From an uncultured Ilumatobacter sp. (GTDB lineage: Bacteria > Actinomycetota > Acidimicrobiia > Acidimicrobiales > Ilumatobacteraceae): a stretch of DNA of 47,997 bases. Positions within the stretch are counted from its first letter, which is position 1; the number at the start of each line of letters is the position of its first letter. Below the pieces are notes generated by a model. It saw only the letters and a list, made by a program, of their open reading frames with translations. It did not search any database and was not told the DNA's origin. The stretch is from contig CALICC010000096.1 in assembly GCA_938049325.1 (NCBI GenBank), forward strand, positions 1 through 47,997, read 5' to 3'. The translations under genes and the position numbers were made by a program. Below, in pieces: positions 27,169-36,879 of the stretch.

Positions 27169-28620
27169 TCAGCTGCTGACTTCCGAAGCGATGATGTGGC
27201 AGTCGGCGAGTGCGTCGTCGACGCTCATCGAGCCAGCAATCGCAGCCGAGAACAGCTCGGTGCAGCGGGTGCCGACGTCCTGGAACTCAGGAACACCGAC
27301 GTACTGCACGCCAGGCAGACCGGGCCGCGGCGTGGTGCCGGGGTTGTCGATCGGAGCAGCGAGCATGGCGTCGAGGGTGCGCTGGGCGAATGCGTCAGCA
27401 GCCTCGAGGTACTCGGGGCGCTCGTAGAGCGACTGACGGGTGCCCGGGGGAACTGCACGCCAACCGTCTTCCGAAGCAATGAGCTCGTGGTAGTCGGCGT
27501 TGGTTGCCCAGTCGATGAACTGCCATGCGGCGTCCTGGTCAGAGGTGCTCACCGGGATGGCGAGGGTCCATGCCCAGAGCCAACCGGATGCTTCGGTCTC
27601 CTTGGTCGGAGCGAGTGCGAAGGCCGTGTTGGCCACGACGTCCTCGGGGAAGAGGCTGGCTGCCACGGTGGCGTCGTACCACATGGCGACCTTGCCCTCT
27701 TCGTAGAGCGTCTTGCACTCGTTGAAGCTGGAGTTGGCAGCGTCGTCTTCGCCTGCGTCGTTGAGGAGGTCAACGTAGAAGTTGAGCGCCTCAGCGAACT
27801 CGGGCTGATCGACCTGCGACTCACCGATGGAGCCGTCTTCGTTGGCTGCCCACCAGGTGCCACCGAAGGTGTTGAGCACGGTGGTGAAGGCTGCACCGAG
27901 GTCGCCCCAGCCGGGCTTGCCACGGAGGCAGATGCCGGCCATCTCGTCGGAGTCGATCTCGCGAGCGATCGCCGCGACCTCGTCCCAGGTGGGAGCGTCC
28001 GGCATGTTGTCGATGATGTCCGAGCGGTACATGATGAACGACGACTCGGCGTAGAACGGCGAGGAGTAGAGCTCACCGTCGACCGAGAGACCGTTGCGCA
28101 CGGCCGGGATCAGGTCGTCGATGTCGTAGGTGTCGGACTCGGCGGCGAGGTCGTTCAGGCCGACCAGCCAACCGTTGGCGCCGAACTGCGGCGTCTCGTA
28201 CATACCAATCTGGACGACGTCGAACTGCTCGCCGCCGGCGCCGACGTCACGGGTGGTGACTTCGCGCAGGGTCTGCTCGTCGAGCACGGTCAAGTTCACT
28301 TCGATGCCGGTCTCGGGCGTGAAGTACTCCGCCGCGAGCTCGCCCATGCGGGTGATGTTGTCGTTGCCCACGAGAGCGACGGTGATGGAGCGGTCGCCCG
28401 CGGGTGCTTCGTCGCCGCCGGTGTCGGCAGCTTCTTCGCCGCCGGTGTCGGCAGCTTCGTCGCCGCCGGTGTCGGCTGCTTCTTCGCCACCGGTGTCGCT
28501 GGCTTCAGCGGCCGTATCGGTGGTGGCGTCGTCAGAATCGCTACCGCACGCGGAAGCGATCAGAGCGAACGAGGTAAGCATCGCCGGGACGGCGACCTTC
28601 AACTTTCCACGTTGAGTCAT
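27169..28620 (-). CDS. Polyol ABC transporter substrate-binding lipoprotein (SmoE/MtlE-like)
   Basis: Lipobox IASAC; PFYAESSFIMYR, GICLRGKPGWG, AMWYDATVAA, GWLWAW, GVQYVGVPEFQ, as in sorbitol/mannitol binding proteins. Start ATG 28620 (AGGGGG RBS). Confidence 0.92.
   Translation of the reverse strand: MTQRGKLKVAVPAMLTSFALIASACGSDSDDATTDTAAEASDTGGEEAADTGGDEAADTGGEEAADTGGDEAPAGDRSITVALVGNDNITRMGELAAEYFTPETGIEVNLTVLDEQTLREVTTRDVGAGGEQFDVVQIGMYETPQFGANGWLVGLNDLAAESDTYDIDDLIPAVRNGLSVDGELYSSPFYAESSFIMYRSDIIDNMPDAPTWDEVAAIAREIDSDEMAGICLRGKPGWGDLGAAFTTVLNTFGGTWWAANEDGSIGESQVDQPEFAEALNFYVDLLNDAGEDDAANSSFNECKTLYEEGKVAMWYDATVAASLFPEDVVANTAFALAPTKETEASGWLWAWTLAIPVSTSDQDAAWQFIDWATNADYHELIASEDGWRAVPPGTRQSLYERPEYLEAADAFAQRTLDAMLAAPIDNPGTTPRPGLPGVQYVGVPEFQDVGTRCTELFSAAIAGSMSVDDALADCHIIASEVSS
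28406..28501. repeat. 24-bp coding tandem repeat x4 (DTGG[E/D]EAA linker)
   Basis: GCTTC(G/T)TCGCC(G/A)CCGGTGTCG.. units within the binding-protein N-terminal linker. Confidence 0.85.
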
Positions 28621-28667
28621 TCGGTATTCCCCCTTGATGTATGGCGCAGACACGATGCCAGCGCCGT

Positions 28668-28794
28668 CAACATGATTGTTTACTTGGTTTTATGTTGGAT
28701 ATCAAGATGAATTGTGGGTTTTCTTCCGCGAGGCCTGCACAGACAGCAAATATTCGGACGTATCCGGTCTCGACATCTGCGTTCATGTTGGTTT
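28668..28794. promoter_or_regulatory. AT-rich divergent promoter region with candidate DeoR operators
   Basis: CAACAT (28668) / ATGTTG (28692) and CGACAT (28771) / ATGTTG (28785) inverted pairs, plus repeated TGTTGG-like units. Confidence 0.5.
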
Positions 28795-28805
28795 AGAGTG
28801 ACGCC

Positions 28806-30305
28806 GTGCAAGCAGGTGACCTCCAGACGACGACGGCCACCTCGACGGCGGTCGCGCTCTCGCCCGACTCGCTCACCGAATTCGCCAACGTCGCGACGAT
28901 TCCCGACTACGACCGGAGCGCACTCCGGCACGGGATCGTCCACATCGGCGTCGGTGGCTTTCATCGAGCTCACCTCGCCACGTATATGGACGAGCTCGCC
29001 AGCCTCGGCAACACGGACTGGGGAATTGCCGGCATCGGTGTACTGCCTGGCGATGCGGCGATGGCCGACGCGCTCGGCCCACAAGGATGCCTCTACACCT
29101 TGGTCGTCAGGAGCGCCGACACGCATTCGCTCGAGATCATCGGGAGCATCGTCGAATATCTGCACGTCGCAGACGACGCGCAGCTCTTGATCGGCAAGAT
29201 CGCGGCGCCCGACACGCAGATCGTCTCGATGACGATCACCGAAGGCGGCTATCCCGTCGACGACGTCACGGGCGAGTTCGTCGCTGCGAAGAGCCCCCGC
29301 GGCTCGGTGTTCGACCTTCTCGCCAAGGGACTCAACCACCGACGCATGACCGGCGCCTCGGGGATCACGGTGATGAGCTGCGACAACATCATGACGAACG
29401 GCGCCGTTGCCCGCACCGCCACGCTGGGGGCTGCGCACGCACACAGCTCCGAACTCGTCGAGTGGATCGACGCCAACGTCTCGTTCCCGAACAGCATGGT
29501 CGACCGCATCACCCCAGTGACGAGCGCAACCGACATCGAGGCACTCGCGGGCTTGGGCATCGCCGACCGCTGGCCCGTCGTCACCGAACCGTTCCGCCAA
29601 TGGGTCGTCGAAGACGACTTCGCTGGCGACCGCCTGCCGCTCGAAGATCTCGACGTCATCATCACCGCCGACATCGAGCCGTACGAACTCACCAAGCTCC
29701 GGCTGCTCAACGCCGGACACTCGTGCTTGGCGTACCTCGCGTCGCTTGACGGCCACATCACCGTCGACACCGCGATGGCCGACTCGAAACTCCGCGAGTT
29801 CGTCGAGCTCCTCCTCCACGAGGAAGCAAAGCCGACGCTGCCCGTCGCGACCGGCATCGATCTCGACGACTACATCGAGTCGCTCGTCGAGCGGTTCTCG
29901 AATCCGAGTATCGGCGATCAGATCGCCCGCCTTTGTCTCGACGGCACTGCGAAGTTTCCCAAGTTCTTGATCCCGACCGTTCGGGCTCAGGTCGAACTCG
30001 GCCACGGCGCTGAGCTGAGCGCGCTCGCGTTGGCCGGCTGGTGCGAGTACCTCAACGGCAACCGCGACGGTCTGGCGAGCGACCCACAGCTCGACGTTGC
30101 GATCGAACACGCCCGCCGCTCGATCGACACGCCGGCCGCGTTCCTCCAACTCGGCGCCGTGTTCGGAACCGACCTGGCAAACGCCACGTCGTTCGTCGAA
30201 GCCTTCGAACACGGCCTCAAGCTGCTTCGCTCCGGGGGAGTACAGTCAGCGGTCGGGGCGGTTGTTGCGGCAACCCGGGCGAAGCATGACGAGCACAGCG
30301 ACTAA
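28806..30305 (+). CDS. Long-chain mannitol dehydrogenase family protein
   Basis: IVHIGVGGFHRAH, SMTITEGGY, MSCDN, FPNSMVDRITP, EPFRQWVVED, KLRLLNAGH, ERFSNP. Confidence 0.95.
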   Translation: MQAGDLQTTTATSTAVALSPDSLTEFANVATIPDYDRSALRHGIVHIGVGGFHRAHLATYMDELASLGNTDWGIAGIGVLPGDAAMADALGPQGCLYTLVVRSADTHSLEIIGSIVEYLHVADDAQLLIGKIAAPDTQIVSMTITEGGYPVDDVTGEFVAAKSPRGSVFDLLAKGLNHRRMTGASGITVMSCDNIMTNGAVARTATLGAAHAHSSELVEWIDANVSFPNSMVDRITPVTSATDIEALAGLGIADRWPVVTEPFRQWVVEDDFAGDRLPLEDLDVIITADIEPYELTKLRLLNAGHSCLAYLASLDGHITVDTAMADSKLREFVELLLHEEAKPTLPVATGIDLDDYIESLVERFSNPSIGDQIARLCLDGTAKFPKFLIPTVRAQVELGHGAELSALALAGWCEYLNGNRDGLASDPQLDVAIEHARRSIDTPAAFLQLGAVFGTDLANATSFVEAFEHGLKLLRSGGVQSAVGAVVAATRAKHDEHSD

Positions 30306-31083
30306 CGCAAACACCACACCGCTGTTCCAATCACAGCGACAGCGTGAGATCGCCAGCTTGACGATGCAGGCAGGACGCGTCGAAGTCGCCGACCTGGCGG
30401 TGCGCTACAAGGTCACGACCGAGACGATCCGTCGCGACCTATCGGAACTCCAATCACATCGCCTCGTTCGCCGAGTGCACGGAGGAGCGGTCCCATGGGA
30501 GACAGCGGGCTTCGAACCGTTGCTCTCGGTGCGCAACGACCAACACGACGCCGAGAAACGTCGACTCGCCGCTGCAGCGGTCAACGAACTGCCCGACACC
30601 GGCTCGGTCATCATCGACTCGGGGAGCACGCTGGCGACGTTCGCCCGAGCCGTTCCCGCCGACACGTCGATCCGGATCGTGACCAACGCGCTCAACATTG
30701 CGCAGGTGCTCTCGGAGAACTCATCAGCCGACGTCATCGTCATCGGCGGCAAAGTCCGCAAGAACACGCTCGCCATGGTCGACACTCAGGCCATCGCTGC
30801 GATCGAGCCGATCACCGTCGACACGCTCTTCATCAGTAGTGACGCGCTCTCTGCCCCAACGGGACTCAGCACGCCCTACCGTGAGGAAGCAGCGCTGAAG
30901 CAAGCGATGATTCGTTCGGCCCGCCGCGTCGTTGCGCTGGTCGACCACTCGAAGTTCGGGAGCGAAATGTTCATTCGCTTCGCCGAGTGGTCCGACATCG
31001 ACGTCCTGATCACGAACAACGAAGCCGACGCGACAGACGTGGCAGCCATCGAGGCAGCAGGAACCACGGTCGTCCTGACGTGA
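30286..31083 (+). CDS. DeoR/GlpR family transcriptional regulator
   Basis: VTTETIRRDL, RRVHGGA, IDSGST, VTN, DHSKFG. Confidence 0.93.
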   Translation: MTSTATNANTTPLFQSQRQREIASLTMQAGRVEVADLAVRYKVTTETIRRDLSELQSHRLVRRVHGGAVPWETAGFEPLLSVRNDQHDAEKRRLAAAAVNELPDTGSVIIDSGSTLATFARAVPADTSIRIVTNALNIAQVLSENSSADVIVIGGKVRKNTLAMVDTQAIAAIEPITVDTLFISSDALSAPTGLSTPYREEAALKQAMIRSARRVVALVDHSKFGSEMFIRFAEWSDIDVLITNNEADATDVAAIEAAGTTVVLT

Positions 31084-31877
31084 CGTTGCTCGCCAACGCC
31101 GGACCCACTCCTGCGCGGCACCTCGAGGCGGTCGCCGCCGAGGTTGCTCTGAGCGCGGCCGATTTGGTTCGTGGGTTCGTCGGCCACGCAGCACTCGCCG
31201 GCACGAAGTCGACGCCCACCGACGTCGTCACCGACACCGACGTTCTGTCCGAGGCGCTCATCCGCCAACAGCTGTTGGCGCGTTGCCCTGGCTCGACGAT
31301 CATCGGCGAGGAACTGACCGATGATCTCGGGACGAACGCCGTGGGCTGGGTCGTCGACCCGATCGACGGCACGGTCAACTTTCTCTACGACCTTCCCGTC
31401 GTGTCGGTCAGTATCGCCGCAACCATCAACGGTCTGACGGTGGCCGGCGCAGTCTGCGACATCGTGCGCGGTGAGGTCTTCTCCGCTGCGCGCGGAAGCG
31501 GCGCCACACGCGACGGGCAACCGATCTCGTGTCGAACCGAGGGAACACTCGACCAGGCGCTCGTCGGCACCGGGTTCGCCTACGACTCGGTACGCCGCGG
31601 CGAGCAGGCCAAAACGATTGCTCGACTCCTCCCCCGTTCTCGCGATATCCGCTGCATGGGCTCGGCGGCGCTCAACCTGTGCTGGGTTGCATGTGGACGT
31701 CTCGACGCCTACTTCGAACAAGACACGAAGCCGTACGACTACGCCGCCGGCGCCTTGATCGCAGCTGAGGCCGGTGCCACTGTCGAGCTACCAGCGGCCA
31801 ACGATCACGATCTTACGGTCGCGGCTCGACCCGCCGTCTTCGAGGACCTACGCGACCTCGTCACTCACGCGGGCTGA
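31080..31877 (+). CDS. Inositol monophosphatase family protein
   Basis: DVVTDTD, GEE, WVVDPIDGTVNF, GSAALNLCWVACG, YDYAAG. GTGA overlap with DeoR. Confidence 0.92.
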   Translation: MTLLANAGPTPARHLEAVAAEVALSAADLVRGFVGHAALAGTKSTPTDVVTDTDVLSEALIRQQLLARCPGSTIIGEELTDDLGTNAVGWVVDPIDGTVNFLYDLPVVSVSIAATINGLTVAGAVCDIVRGEVFSAARGSGATRDGQPISCRTEGTLDQALVGTGFAYDSVRRGEQAKTIARLLPRSRDIRCMGSAALNLCWVACGRLDAYFEQDTKPYDYAAGALIAAEAGATVELPAANDHDLTVAARPAVFEDLRDLVTHAG

Positions 31878-32691
31878 GACGATCTCGCAGACGGCTCGAC
31901 TCGTCGTCTCGTGCCGCGCACATCGCCAGCAGACCATCGACTTCGGTGTCGGTACGTTCGGCGAGCCGGCTTGCTGCGATGACGACTTCCCACGTCGCCA
32001 GCCGTGACAGCTCACCCCGAAGGGCCACTGACATGGCGTCCACGTACCCGTCGTGGAGCGCGTCGAGGACGGGGGCATCGGCGCCGGGAAGATGACGGAG
32101 GTCGGTCGCGTCGGCGGAACGAAGCAAGAGTGACGAGCGGACGATGTCGGCAACCGGGTGACCGACCGACGCATCGAACCAGTCGATGACGAACATCTCG
32201 GCGTCGACCACCAACACGTTGCCGGGGTGAAAATCGCCATGCAGGAGGGCTGCGCCACGCGGCAACTCCTGAGCGAACGACGCCGCTGCGGACCGATCGG
32301 ACTCGGGAAGCTGAACCGCCTCGCCGATCTTCGCGCTCATGCGATCGACGAGTGATGGCACTCGCTCCGGGACTCCCGCTGCGTGAATCTCGCGCTGCAT
32401 CGCCGAGAAATCGGCGATGAGGGTCGGGCATCGGTGCGGCTCGGCCGACATCAATTCCCACATCGATGGGCCGACGATCCGTTCGAACACGATCGTCGGG
32501 CAACCGTTCACTTCGATCAAGTCACGCACCTCGGGCGCCGGAACACCGAGAGCACGCGCAGCCTCGCTGAGTCTCGCCTCAACGGCTGCCCAATGATTCG
32601 GGACATGAGGTTCGAGCACCTTGGCCACCGAGTCGCGACCGTATGCGAACACCTGCGATGTCCGCCCGACGGTCAACAGTTCACCCAGCAC
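31861..32691 (-). CDS. APH-like phosphotransferase family protein
   Basis: GRTSQVF, VAKV, LLHGDFHPGNV, IDW. GTG 32691 with GGAG RBS. Confidence 0.85.
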   Translation of the reverse strand: MLGELLTVGRTSQVFAYGRDSVAKVLEPHVPNHWAAVEARLSEAARALGVPAPEVRDLIEVNGCPTIVFERIVGPSMWELMSAEPHRCPTLIADFSAMQREIHAAGVPERVPSLVDRMSAKIGEAVQLPESDRSAAASFAQELPRGAALLHGDFHPGNVLVVDAEMFVIDWFDASVGHPVADIVRSSLLLRSADATDLRHLPGADAPVLDALHDGYVDAMSVALRGELSRLATWEVVIAASRLAERTDTEVDGLLAMCAARDDESSRLRDRLSPRE

Positions 32692-32729
32692 CGCTCCAGT
32701 ATCGCCGCGTCGCGCGACCAGCGCTGAGG

Positions 32730-33701
32730 TCAGCGCGCGACGCGGTGGATGAACCGAGTGAAGCCCGCCCGTTTCACCACCGTGCATGTGGCCACATCCC
32801 GGTAGCCGGCCCGTTCGAGCCACTCGCTGATGTCGGTGGGCGCGACGTACACACCCTCGGATGCCATCTCAACACCACGTTCGAGAATCGACCGCACCAC
32901 GCCTTCGTCGGTTTCGATGGCATGGCCGTAGGGCAGGTCTGTGACGACCGCATCGGCACGGTGTTCGATCGTCCGCGAGTCGGCGAGCTCGACCACTGCG
33001 TCATAGCCGAAGTGAGCGAGGTTCTCACGCGTCATCCCGACGACCGGTCGCTTCCAGTCGACTCCGATCGCGGCGAGCCCGAGCGATGCGGCCTCCAGCA
33101 CGATCGAGCCCGCCCCACAGCACGGGTCGATGATCGAGCGAGCGCTCGGAACGAGATTGACCAGCGCGCGCGAGAATCGGGCGTCGAGCGACGACGAGGT
33201 CGTCCACGGCTTCGTGTCGTGCACGCGATAGCCAGCGTCGGTTGTCGTCATCACCTCGCCGAAGAGCACTCCCGATGAGTGCGCCGCGATGACGAACCGA
33301 TGCAGCGGATCGTTCAGGTCGGGGCCGAACTCGATCACGTTGGCCATCGTGGTGGCAGCAGCCTGGCCGGACATGTCGAGACGATCCGACGGGTCATGCA
33401 GGTCGATCCGGAACCGGTCAGCGTCGAAGTGCAGCGCGCTGACCGCATCGACCAGTTCTGCATACGAGGTCGCGTGCGCCAGGACGCGCAGCCCGGTCTG
33501 GACGTAGGCCCCGCGGGTGACGAGGTCGACGGTGTGGCACATCGCGACGCCGTCTGCATCGGGGCGTCCGCCCGTGAGTTCCCAACACTCCGCCGCGATC
33601 AGCCCGTGGCGGTCAACGCGCGCGCAGATCGTGGCCGCGGACACAGCGCGGCCCGCGACGCTCGGCGCGTCAGACGACTCCGTTGCCGGCTTGCCGTTCA
33701 C
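32730..33701 (-). CDS. Trm11/Trm14-like SAM-dependent methyltransferase
   Basis: SSSLDARFSRALVNL, DPCCGAGS (motif I), VVTDLPYG (motif IV). GTG 33701 overlaps the upstream stop (GTGA). Confidence 0.8.
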   Translation of the reverse strand: MNGKPATESSDAPSVAGRAVSAATICARVDRHGLIAAECWELTGGRPDADGVAMCHTVDLVTRGAYVQTGLRVLAHATSYAELVDAVSALHFDADRFRIDLHDPSDRLDMSGQAAATTMANVIEFGPDLNDPLHRFVIAAHSSGVLFGEVMTTTDAGYRVHDTKPWTTSSSLDARFSRALVNLVPSARSIIDPCCGAGSIVLEAASLGLAAIGVDWKRPVVGMTRENLAHFGYDAVVELADSRTIEHRADAVVTDLPYGHAIETDEGVVRSILERGVEMASEGVYVAPTDISEWLERAGYRDVATCTVVKRAGFTRFIHRVAR

Positions 33702-35068
33702 GCAAAGCCGCCCGCCGCGAACGCTTCGGCCATGATGCCGGCCAGAGCTCGCGTGGAGTTGGGTTCGACACCGCTGACGGTGATCGCCCAGGTGATGCCA
33801 TCGGGCTGACGGACCGTCATTGCGTGCGTTGCTTCCAAGGTGCCGGTGTGGCCGAACGCGTCGACACCGAAGATCATCAGGCCGATGCCGTACCCGGTGA
33901 CCCTGGGCGGCGAGGGCAGCGTGGTTGCTGGTGTCGTGGTTGTCGGCGCTGGCGGTGGCGGCGGGTCCAGGGTAATCGTGCGCATGGTGGCGACCGAGAC
34001 CTCGCCGAGGGGCTTCCAGCCCGGTGTGTCGAGGTCGAGCGAGTTCACGATGGTCGCCACATCGGTCGGCGATGCGATCCACGAACCGGCAGCACCCAGC
34101 ACCTCCATGTAGTTGCGGCCCGCATCTGATTCGTGTTCGACATCGCCCGGCAGCACGTCGAACGTGCCTGCCAGCCGCATGCCCGAGATACCCAGCGGGT
34201 CGAGGACGTTCTCGGCTGCGACGTCGGCGTACGGTCGACCCGTCACGTTCTCGATCAGCAAACCCACCAGACAGAAGTTGACGTTGCTGTAGCGAAACGT
34301 CGTTCCCGGTGACCGTTCGAGCGCTCGGCTGAGCGCCACGGCACCGGCCTCCGGGCACGACTCGACCTCTCGTTTGAACATGAGGTCTTCGTACTGAGCG
34401 ATTCCCGATCGATGCGTCATGAGATGACGCAACGTGATGTTGCCGACCTCGACCGCCGGATTCGACACGCCGACCGCTCCGGCGAGGCGCGGACCGACGG
34501 GTGCGTCGAGATCGAGTAACCCGAGCTCGACGAGGCGCAACGCGGTGATCGCCGTGATCACCTTGCTGATACTCGCAATCCGATAGCGATCGCCGACCGC
34601 GACCGGCTCGCCCGCGAGCGTGCGCACGCCGAGAGCCACCTCGTGCACGACGTCGCCGTCACGAAGCACCGTGGCCGAAACCGCCGTCGAGCCGGCATCG
34701 AGGATCGTGGTCAAGTGATCGTCGAATGCATCCCACCCGACCAGCGCTGGTGTCGTGGTCGTCGTCGCCGGGGTTGTCGGGATGCTGGTCGGGATCGTTG
34801 TCGGGATAGCCGTTGAGGGCGGTGTCGACGTCGAGGCGGTGGTCGCGATCGTCGTCGCCGTCACAGTGGTACTCGGCGTCACGGTGGGCGACGCCGTCGA
34901 CGACTCGGGGAACGGGTCAGCGGAAATGGTGGTCACTGGCGATTCGCGCAGCAGGTCCCGGTCGATGGGCGTCGATACACCGTCGGCGCCGCCTCCGCAT
35001 CCGATCAACATCATGGCGATGCCGATCGACGCAGCCTGTTTCGGCGATGGGAGGCAACGAGTGAACAT
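33698..35068 (-). CDS. Serine hydrolase, beta-lactamase/DD-peptidase family, probably exported
   Basis: IASISK (SxxK), LMTHRSG, FRYSN (YxN), GHTG; MLIGC lipobox-like segment and Thr-rich linker. Start uncertain (35068-35197). Confidence 0.88.
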   Translation of the reverse strand: MFTRCLPSPKQAASIGIAMMLIGCGGGADGVSTPIDRDLLRESPVTTISADPFPESSTASPTVTPSTTVTATTIATTASTSTPPSTAIPTTIPTSIPTTPATTTTTPALVGWDAFDDHLTTILDAGSTAVSATVLRDGDVVHEVALGVRTLAGEPVAVGDRYRIASISKVITAITALRLVELGLLDLDAPVGPRLAGAVGVSNPAVEVGNITLRHLMTHRSGIAQYEDLMFKREVESCPEAGAVALSRALERSPGTTFRYSNVNFCLVGLLIENVTGRPYADVAAENVLDPLGISGMRLAGTFDVLPGDVEHESDAGRNYMEVLGAAGSWIASPTDVATIVNSLDLDTPGWKPLGEVSVATMRTITLDPPPPPAPTTTTPATTLPSPPRVTGYGIGLMIFGVDAFGHTGTLEATHAMTVRQPDGITWAITVSGVEPNSTRALAGIMAEAFAAGGFA

Positions 35069-35211
35069 GATAATGAGTGACCGCATCATCGGCACGTTCG
35101 CCGACCGGGTCAAGTCAACGGTGAAGGTAACGCCATCGTGTCGCCGAGGCGACGGTTCGGCCACAGCCCACCCGCCGGTCGGCCGTAGCACGGTCACAGT
35201 ACGGTGACCGG

Positions 35212-36297
35212 ATGGCCGACCGGGAGCTCCGCATCGTGATGATCGTCATCGACGCGATGCCTCATCGTCATGTCAGCCCCGAGCTCACACCGAACCTATG
35301 GCGCCAGTCGACCCTCGGCCTGCGTGCACCCGACGGCGGCGAGTCGCTGCCGATGTCGGTGACCTACGCAAACCACGCTGCCTTCGTCACAGGCGCCGAT
35401 CCGACCACGACGGGCGTGTACGGCAACCACACGTGGATCGACGGAGACGGCTGGGTCCCTGCGCCGAAAGCGGGGCCGCGTGCGACCACGCTCTTCGAGC
35501 GCGTGGCCCACGTCAACGGACGATCGGTGCTCGTGGTCGGCGATCACAAGCTGGTGGCGCAGATGGGTGGCGCCGAGGCAACCGAATGCTGGCCGCCGTC
35601 GGGATGGTTTCCCGACGGTACCGAGCGATGCGAGTTCGGATACGCACGTGACGCGGCCGTGGTCGACGCCGTTCGTGCGACTGATCTCGACGCCGACCTC
35701 GTGGTCCTCCATCTCAACGAACCCGACACCACGTCGCACTTCCACGGTCCCGACTCCCCCGCAGCCATCAAGCAGTACCGCACCACCGACGTTGCCTACG
35801 GCGAGCTGATCGACGAGCTCGCGGACGGCTGGGATCACACCGTGGTGATCACGCTGTCGGACCACGACCAGGAGACCATCGACGACCAGACACCGGTCGC
35901 GCTACTCGATGCGCTCGCACCGTTCCGCGAGATCACGGCGGTTGCCGACGGCACCGCAGCACTGCTGCACGGACCCGTGAACGACAAGGTGCTCGCTGCT
36001 GCGATGTCGGTCGACGGCATCGACGGACACGAACGACTGAGCGACGATGTCTGGATGATCTGGAGCTCGCCCGGCCGAATGATCAGCGGGGCGCCGATCG
36101 CGCTCGGCGGTCAACACGGAAGCCCGCGCTGTCGAACCCAACTCGCAATGATCTCGGGCGGCCACCCGATGACCAACTCGGTCGCCGAGCAGATGTTGAC
36201 GCAGCGGCCTTCAGCTCTCGCGTGGGCACCCGCGATCGCCGAGTTGCTCGGACTCGACGCACTCCCCGAGGCCACGCTGCCCCTGGCGACTCGATAG
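35212..36297 (+). CDS. Alkaline phosphatase superfamily protein (NPP/phosphonoacetate-hydrolase-like)
   Basis: VIDAM, SVTYANHAAFVTG (Thr nucleophile position), EPDTTSH, LSDH, GQHG. No signal peptide. Confidence 0.85.
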   Translation: MADRELRIVMIVIDAMPHRHVSPELTPNLWRQSTLGLRAPDGGESLPMSVTYANHAAFVTGADPTTTGVYGNHTWIDGDGWVPAPKAGPRATTLFERVAHVNGRSVLVVGDHKLVAQMGGAEATECWPPSGWFPDGTERCEFGYARDAAVVDAVRATDLDADLVVLHLNEPDTTSHFHGPDSPAAIKQYRTTDVAYGELIDELADGWDHTVVITLSDHDQETIDDQTPVALLDALAPFREITAVADGTAALLHGPVNDKVLAAAMSVDGIDGHERLSDDVWMIWSSPGRMISGAPIALGGQHGSPRCRTQLAMISGGHPMTNSVAEQMLTQRPSALAWAPAIAELLGLDALPEATLPLATR

Positions 36298-36315
36298 GCG
36301 ACCCAAGAGAGCGTC

Positions 36316-36879
36316 TCAGTAGACGGTGGCGAGCAGGTCCAGAAGCGGGCGGTAGGACTCGAACGAGCGCACGGCCACGTCGGCCACCTTGCCGTGGTCG
36401 TCCCAGCGGCGCACGGCAACGGCCTCGGCCGCCCATGGCACCTTCTCGAACTCGGCGACTTCCGCGTCCGACATCGGACCGCCTTGGACGACGAGACTGC
36501 GCGTCGACGACGCCGACAGCCCGGCCGCGTATTCGGAGTCGACTGCGCACAGGTACCGCTTCGCGGTCACATGCAGACGCACCGGTTCGGTGACCGACTC
36601 GTCGAACCAGCGCGCGAGCAGCGTGGCACCAGCACGGTCGTGCTGGTGATCACGTTCGAGCGCGACGTCGAGCGGTTGGTTGTCGCGCAGCACGAGGTGC
36701 CCGACGTCGTGCAGCAACGCGGCCGCGACGAGCGAGGGCGGCGCGCCAGCGGCGACCGCGCAGGCAGCACACTGCAGGGCGTGCTGCTGTTCGGTCACGA
36801 CCTCGTCGTAGAGCACCTGCGCGTCGGGGCCGTTGTACAAGTCGATCAAGTCGCTGATGGTCGTGAGGTCAGCCGGCAT
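36316..36879 (-). CDS. phnZ: PhnZ-like HD-domain di-iron oxygenase (C-P bond cleavage)
   Basis: Y.E.VT..QHALQCA, AALLHDVGH, HD, VRLHVTAKRYL, SLVVQGGPM, RRWDDHGK. Confidence 0.85.
   Translation of the reverse strand: MPADLTTISDLIDLYNGPDAQVLYDEVVTEQQHALQCAACAVAAGAPPSLVAAALLHDVGHLVLRDNQPLDVALERDHQHDRAGATLLARWFDESVTEPVRLHVTAKRYLCAVDSEYAAGLSASSTRSLVVQGGPMSDAEVAEFEKVPWAAEAVAVRRWDDHGKVADVAVRSFESYRPLLDLLATVY

Noticed and set aside
26083-28710. 875-aa plus-strand ORF, and similar long ORFs (15824..17749, 28680..30212, 13148..14470, 24131..25201, 39072..40046)
   Set aside because: Antisense or alternate-frame shadows of well-supported genes; expected in high-GC DNA, with no recognisable motifs.
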